Below the pieces are notes generated by a model. It worked only from the letters and a program-made list of their open reading frames with translations, made no database searches and was not told the DNA's origin. Of a DNA stretch of 64,000 nucleotides, positions 60,741 through 64,000 are shown in pieces (position 1 is the stretch's first letter; every line of letters begins with the position of its first letter). This stretch comes from Octopus bimaculoides (Eukaryota), in assembly GCF_001194135.2 (NCBI RefSeq), contig NC_068984.1:194415-258414 (forward strand), in the 5' to 3' direction. Made by a program: the position numbers and the translations under genes.

Positions 60741-61204
60741 GTACTGTTACCTGTCAATTAACATTAATTAATATTCATTGTTTTAACATCCATTTTTTCC
60801 ATGCTTGCATGGGTTGAACAAAGTTTATTGAGGCAGATTTCTCTGTCTGGATGCTCTTCCTGTCACCAACCCTTGTTTCCAAGTGAGGAAAGATATATTC
60901 TCACAGAATATTGGAAATGAATGACACTGGACAGTGACACTCATTCACAACCATTACACAATTTAGAGACAAAGGGATGGACACTCATGCACACACGCAC
61001 GCACACACACATAAACACACACACACACACACACACACACACTGGGTTTCTTTCAGTTTCTATTTACTAAATCCATTCACAAGGCTTTGATAGTCCCAAA
61101 GCTATTGTAGAAGGCACTTGCCCAAGGTACCATGTAGTAGGACTGAACTTGAAACCATGAGGTTAGGATGCAAGCTGCTTCTCAACCATGTCTGTGCTTA
61201 TTAA

Positions 61205-61385
61205 TTGGTAAGTTGGCAGAATTGTTAGCACCCCAAGCAAAATACTTGGTAGCCTTTTGTCTGAGTTCAAATTCCACCAAGGTCGACTTTGCCTTTCATT
61301 CTTTTGGGGTTGATAAATGAAAGTACTGGTTGAGCACTGGGGTCAAATACTCCTCCCTTGAACTTGGCTGGTCTTGTACCAATAC
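61205..61385 (+). mobile_element. tRNA-derived SINE with a probable Deu/Nin-type central domain
   Basis: ggcagaattgttagca (A-box-like), gagttcaaattcc (B-box-like), gcctttcattcttttggggttgataaa..agtactggttgagcactgggg. Related fragments at about 51870-51960 and 52270-52430. The domain name is from recall. Confidence 0.55.
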
Positions 61386-62629
61386 AGACTACAAAATCTT
61401 TGTGTCAATACANNNNNNNNNNGGGGGGGGGGTTAGAATTAAAAATCTTGATTAGTTTTACTTTCATCATTACATTTTAGAGGTGCAGCATTTGACTTGG
61501 TTTCCAGACAGAATGCTAACTAAAACAATATCATTGCAAATTGTGACAGAAGTCTAACATTATATGCTAAAGCAAGATTATCATTGTCATTTAATGTCTG
61601 CTCTCCATGCTGGCATGAGTTGGATGGTTCAAAAGCTCTGATGTCTCAAAAGATCATGTCATGCTCCAGATGTCAGCATTGGACATGGTGTCTATGACTG
61701 GGAACCATGACTTTATCTTCTGCCTGACAGTCTAACTTCATGGCTGAACTCTCAGTGCTCTTAATGTCTTTAAATCCTTCTAGACTGAGGAACGAGGTTG
61801 GTTGTGTGTCGTTAAAGACACCTGATGTTCAAACTGAATGAAATCTCTCTCTCTATAATAACAGCCAGTGTAAATGTTGGTTGGTTGATTTCTTCAAACA
61901 TGCTTTACATCATAAAGAGAGAAAGGAGATAGAGTGAAAGATAGATACTGAGAGAGAGAATTAACTTAAGAAATGCAGGATGAGTGTCTTATGACTTTCT
62001 GAAAAAAATACACATTTTTTTAATGAAACTTTGCAGGGATAGATTTTTGATGGAATAGATTGCAATGATATTGATAAAATTAAGAAAAATAACAACATAT
62101 GTTTATTGAAATTTGTTTTATTTACTTTTATTTTCGGACAATATTTTTCTTTTGAAAATTAGTATTCAATTTATCATTCTACATAAGCAACAAGAAATTT
62201 GATAAAAGTTAAAATTGTTGCATGTATGCCATATTATCTGGCATGGTGGCAAAAGTTTATTTTCCAAAGTAATTGGTCATATAAGTAACACTCGAGTGTA
62301 TAATATATTCATCTTCATCATTTAACATCCGTTGTCCATGCTGGCATGGGTTTGATGGTTTGACCATAGTTGGCATGCTGGAGGGCTGCACCAGTCTCCA
62401 GTCTAATTTGGCATGGTTTCTATGGCTGGATGCCCTTCCTAATGCCAACCACTTTACAGAGTATGTTTTTATGTGGCACCACACATGCACCTTCATGCGG
62501 CACTGCATGGGTGCTTTTATGTAGTGCTGCACAGACGCTTTTATGTGGTGCTGCATGTGGCACCACACAGGCACTTTTATGTGACACCACCACGAGTGCT
62601 TTTTATGTGGTACTGGTACAGGACTCTTG

Positions 62630-63430
62630 CAGGGAGACTAGTCTTAATACTTCTGCCTCAGAGTATTGGTCTTCATGAGTACAGCAAGGGACCAGGCATC
62701 TCAGCCCTTTGTCGTCTTGCCTGAAAGGTTCAGTGTCCTGAGGTCAGTGCTCTTCAGTACTTCATCCCATGTCTTCCTGGGTTTCCCACTTCCACATGTT
62801 CCATCTTCTTTGAGAGAATGGCACTACTTTATGGAGCTGCTGGCATCCATCCGCATCACGACTAAACCAGTGCACACTGCATCTCATTCCTCTTATGCCT
62901 AATTTCTTTCTCAATACATTGGCACTCTCTCGAACATGTACACTTACATTACACATCCAGTGGAGCATACCAGCCTCATTCCTCTTTAACTTTTACATGT
63001 CCTCTGTATTCCGGGTCCACATCTCACTAACCATGTTGGATTGCTGTCCTTATACATGCATCATACAATCTTCCTTTCACTCGGAGAGAGAAAGCTTTCT
63101 TAGCCAACAAAGATAACAGCTCTCTGAATTTCCTCCATCCTATTCTTATTTCTAGCTATCACAATCTCCATGCATCCTTCTCCACTACTAATTTGGTCTC
63201 CTAGGTAGACAAAATTATCCCCTACCTCTAATGGACCACCAGGGGCATTTGAGAGAATCAATTTCCTAAGCCTCTATAGTTTTTATGGATCCTGTGCATC
63301 TTCCACATATGAACAATACCTTCTCTGATAATCTTCTTATTAATCCACTGCACCTCTTGTGTGTCCATAGCTTACACTGGGAACACTGTACGGAGTTCCT
63401 GCCTACACCTTTTCTACAAATTGAACACAT
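62630..63430 (-). mobile_element. Decayed RTE LINE 3' fragment
   Basis: CSICRKGVGRNSVQCSQCKLWTHKRCSG..FICGRC and MLHWMCNVSVH. Confidence 0.85.
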
Positions 63431-63477
63431 TTTAAAATGTAGATCTAGAGCGGGGAGTGTATAGCTTGTTGTGGCTG

Positions 63478-63479
<2 letters not shown>

Positions 63480-63562
<83 letters not shown>
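63480..63562. repeat. (AC)n microsatellite
   Basis: Direct sequence. Confidence 0.98.
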
Positions 63563-63563
<1 letters not shown>

Positions 63564-63654
63564 TAGAGATGATGAAAGAAGAATTATATGTGTAAAGTGA
63601 ATTCAAGAATGTCTTGATGTCACCAATCTTTCTCACTTCTCAGAACCATTTCAT

Positions 63655-64000
63655 AGAGAATGAATGGGAGAAAGAGAGCCTGCCTCATGTCGACCCAATA
63701 GAGGGACCAGCTATCCGAGTTGATAGTACCAGGGTAGATAAAGCAATTAAGAGTATGAAGACCGGGAAAGCCCCCGGCCCATCAGGAATCACTGCAGAGA
63801 TGCTCAAAATATCTGGCAGTGTTGGCTATAGCCTAGTCACCCGTATTACGAACCAGGTGATACACGAAGGAGTCATACCCTATGACTGGTGTAGCAGCAT
63901 CATAGTCAACTGCTACAAAGGTAAAGGGGACGCTTTAGATACAAATAATTACAGAGGCATCAAGCTGTTAGATCAGGTTATGAAAGTTACAGAGAGGGTC
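63655..64000 (+). mobile_element. RTE LINE RT N-terminal region, runs off the window end
   Basis: Open frame ENEWEKESLPHVDPIEGPAIRVD..KTGKAPGPSGITAEMLKISG..NYRGIKLLDQVMKVTERV, homologous to 27455-27886. Confidence 0.9.

Noticed and set aside
62024-62060. Acceptor-like ctttgcag as the start of ECT2 exon 9
   Set aside because: The required phase-1 frame stops within four codons and has no BRCT2 similarity; exon 9 is probably beyond the window.

Overview
AT-rich, repeat-dense animal genomic DNA from a gapped draft assembly (ten N-runs). The repeat families resemble those I recall from octopus/coleoid cephalopods; that assignment is an inference. The one host gene I can support is the 5' part of an ECT2 (pebble) RhoGEF orthologue on the + strand: join(1345..1366,8305..8385,17493..17563,25150..25329,47050..47139,51184..51291,58997..59098,60641..60740). 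All eight exons have GT/AG boundaries with compatible phases and give about 251 aa covering BRCT0, BRCT1 and the start of BRCT2; the DH-PH exons lie beyond the window. The promoter carries three Myb-type CCGTTA sites, a CCAAT box and a CHR-like TTTAAA. The introns hold RTE LINE fragments and RTE-tailed short elements, tRNA-derived SINEs, Gypsy, Penelope-like, R4/Dong-like, pogo, piggyBac, hAT and mariner-type relics, foldback elements and microsatellites. I cannot support a wholly new biological system. The best leads are: (1) three different minimal hammerhead-ribozyme-like motifs, one inside a Penelope-like element whose pseudo-LTR has a tRNA-derived head; (2) a PHD-finger module inside the RT of the RTE family; (3) variable arrays of a roughly 63-65 nt double-hairpin unit in the RTE-type 3' tail; (4) inverted repeats around ECT2 exons. 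Most long ORFs in the supplied track are artefacts of N-runs or microsatellites.
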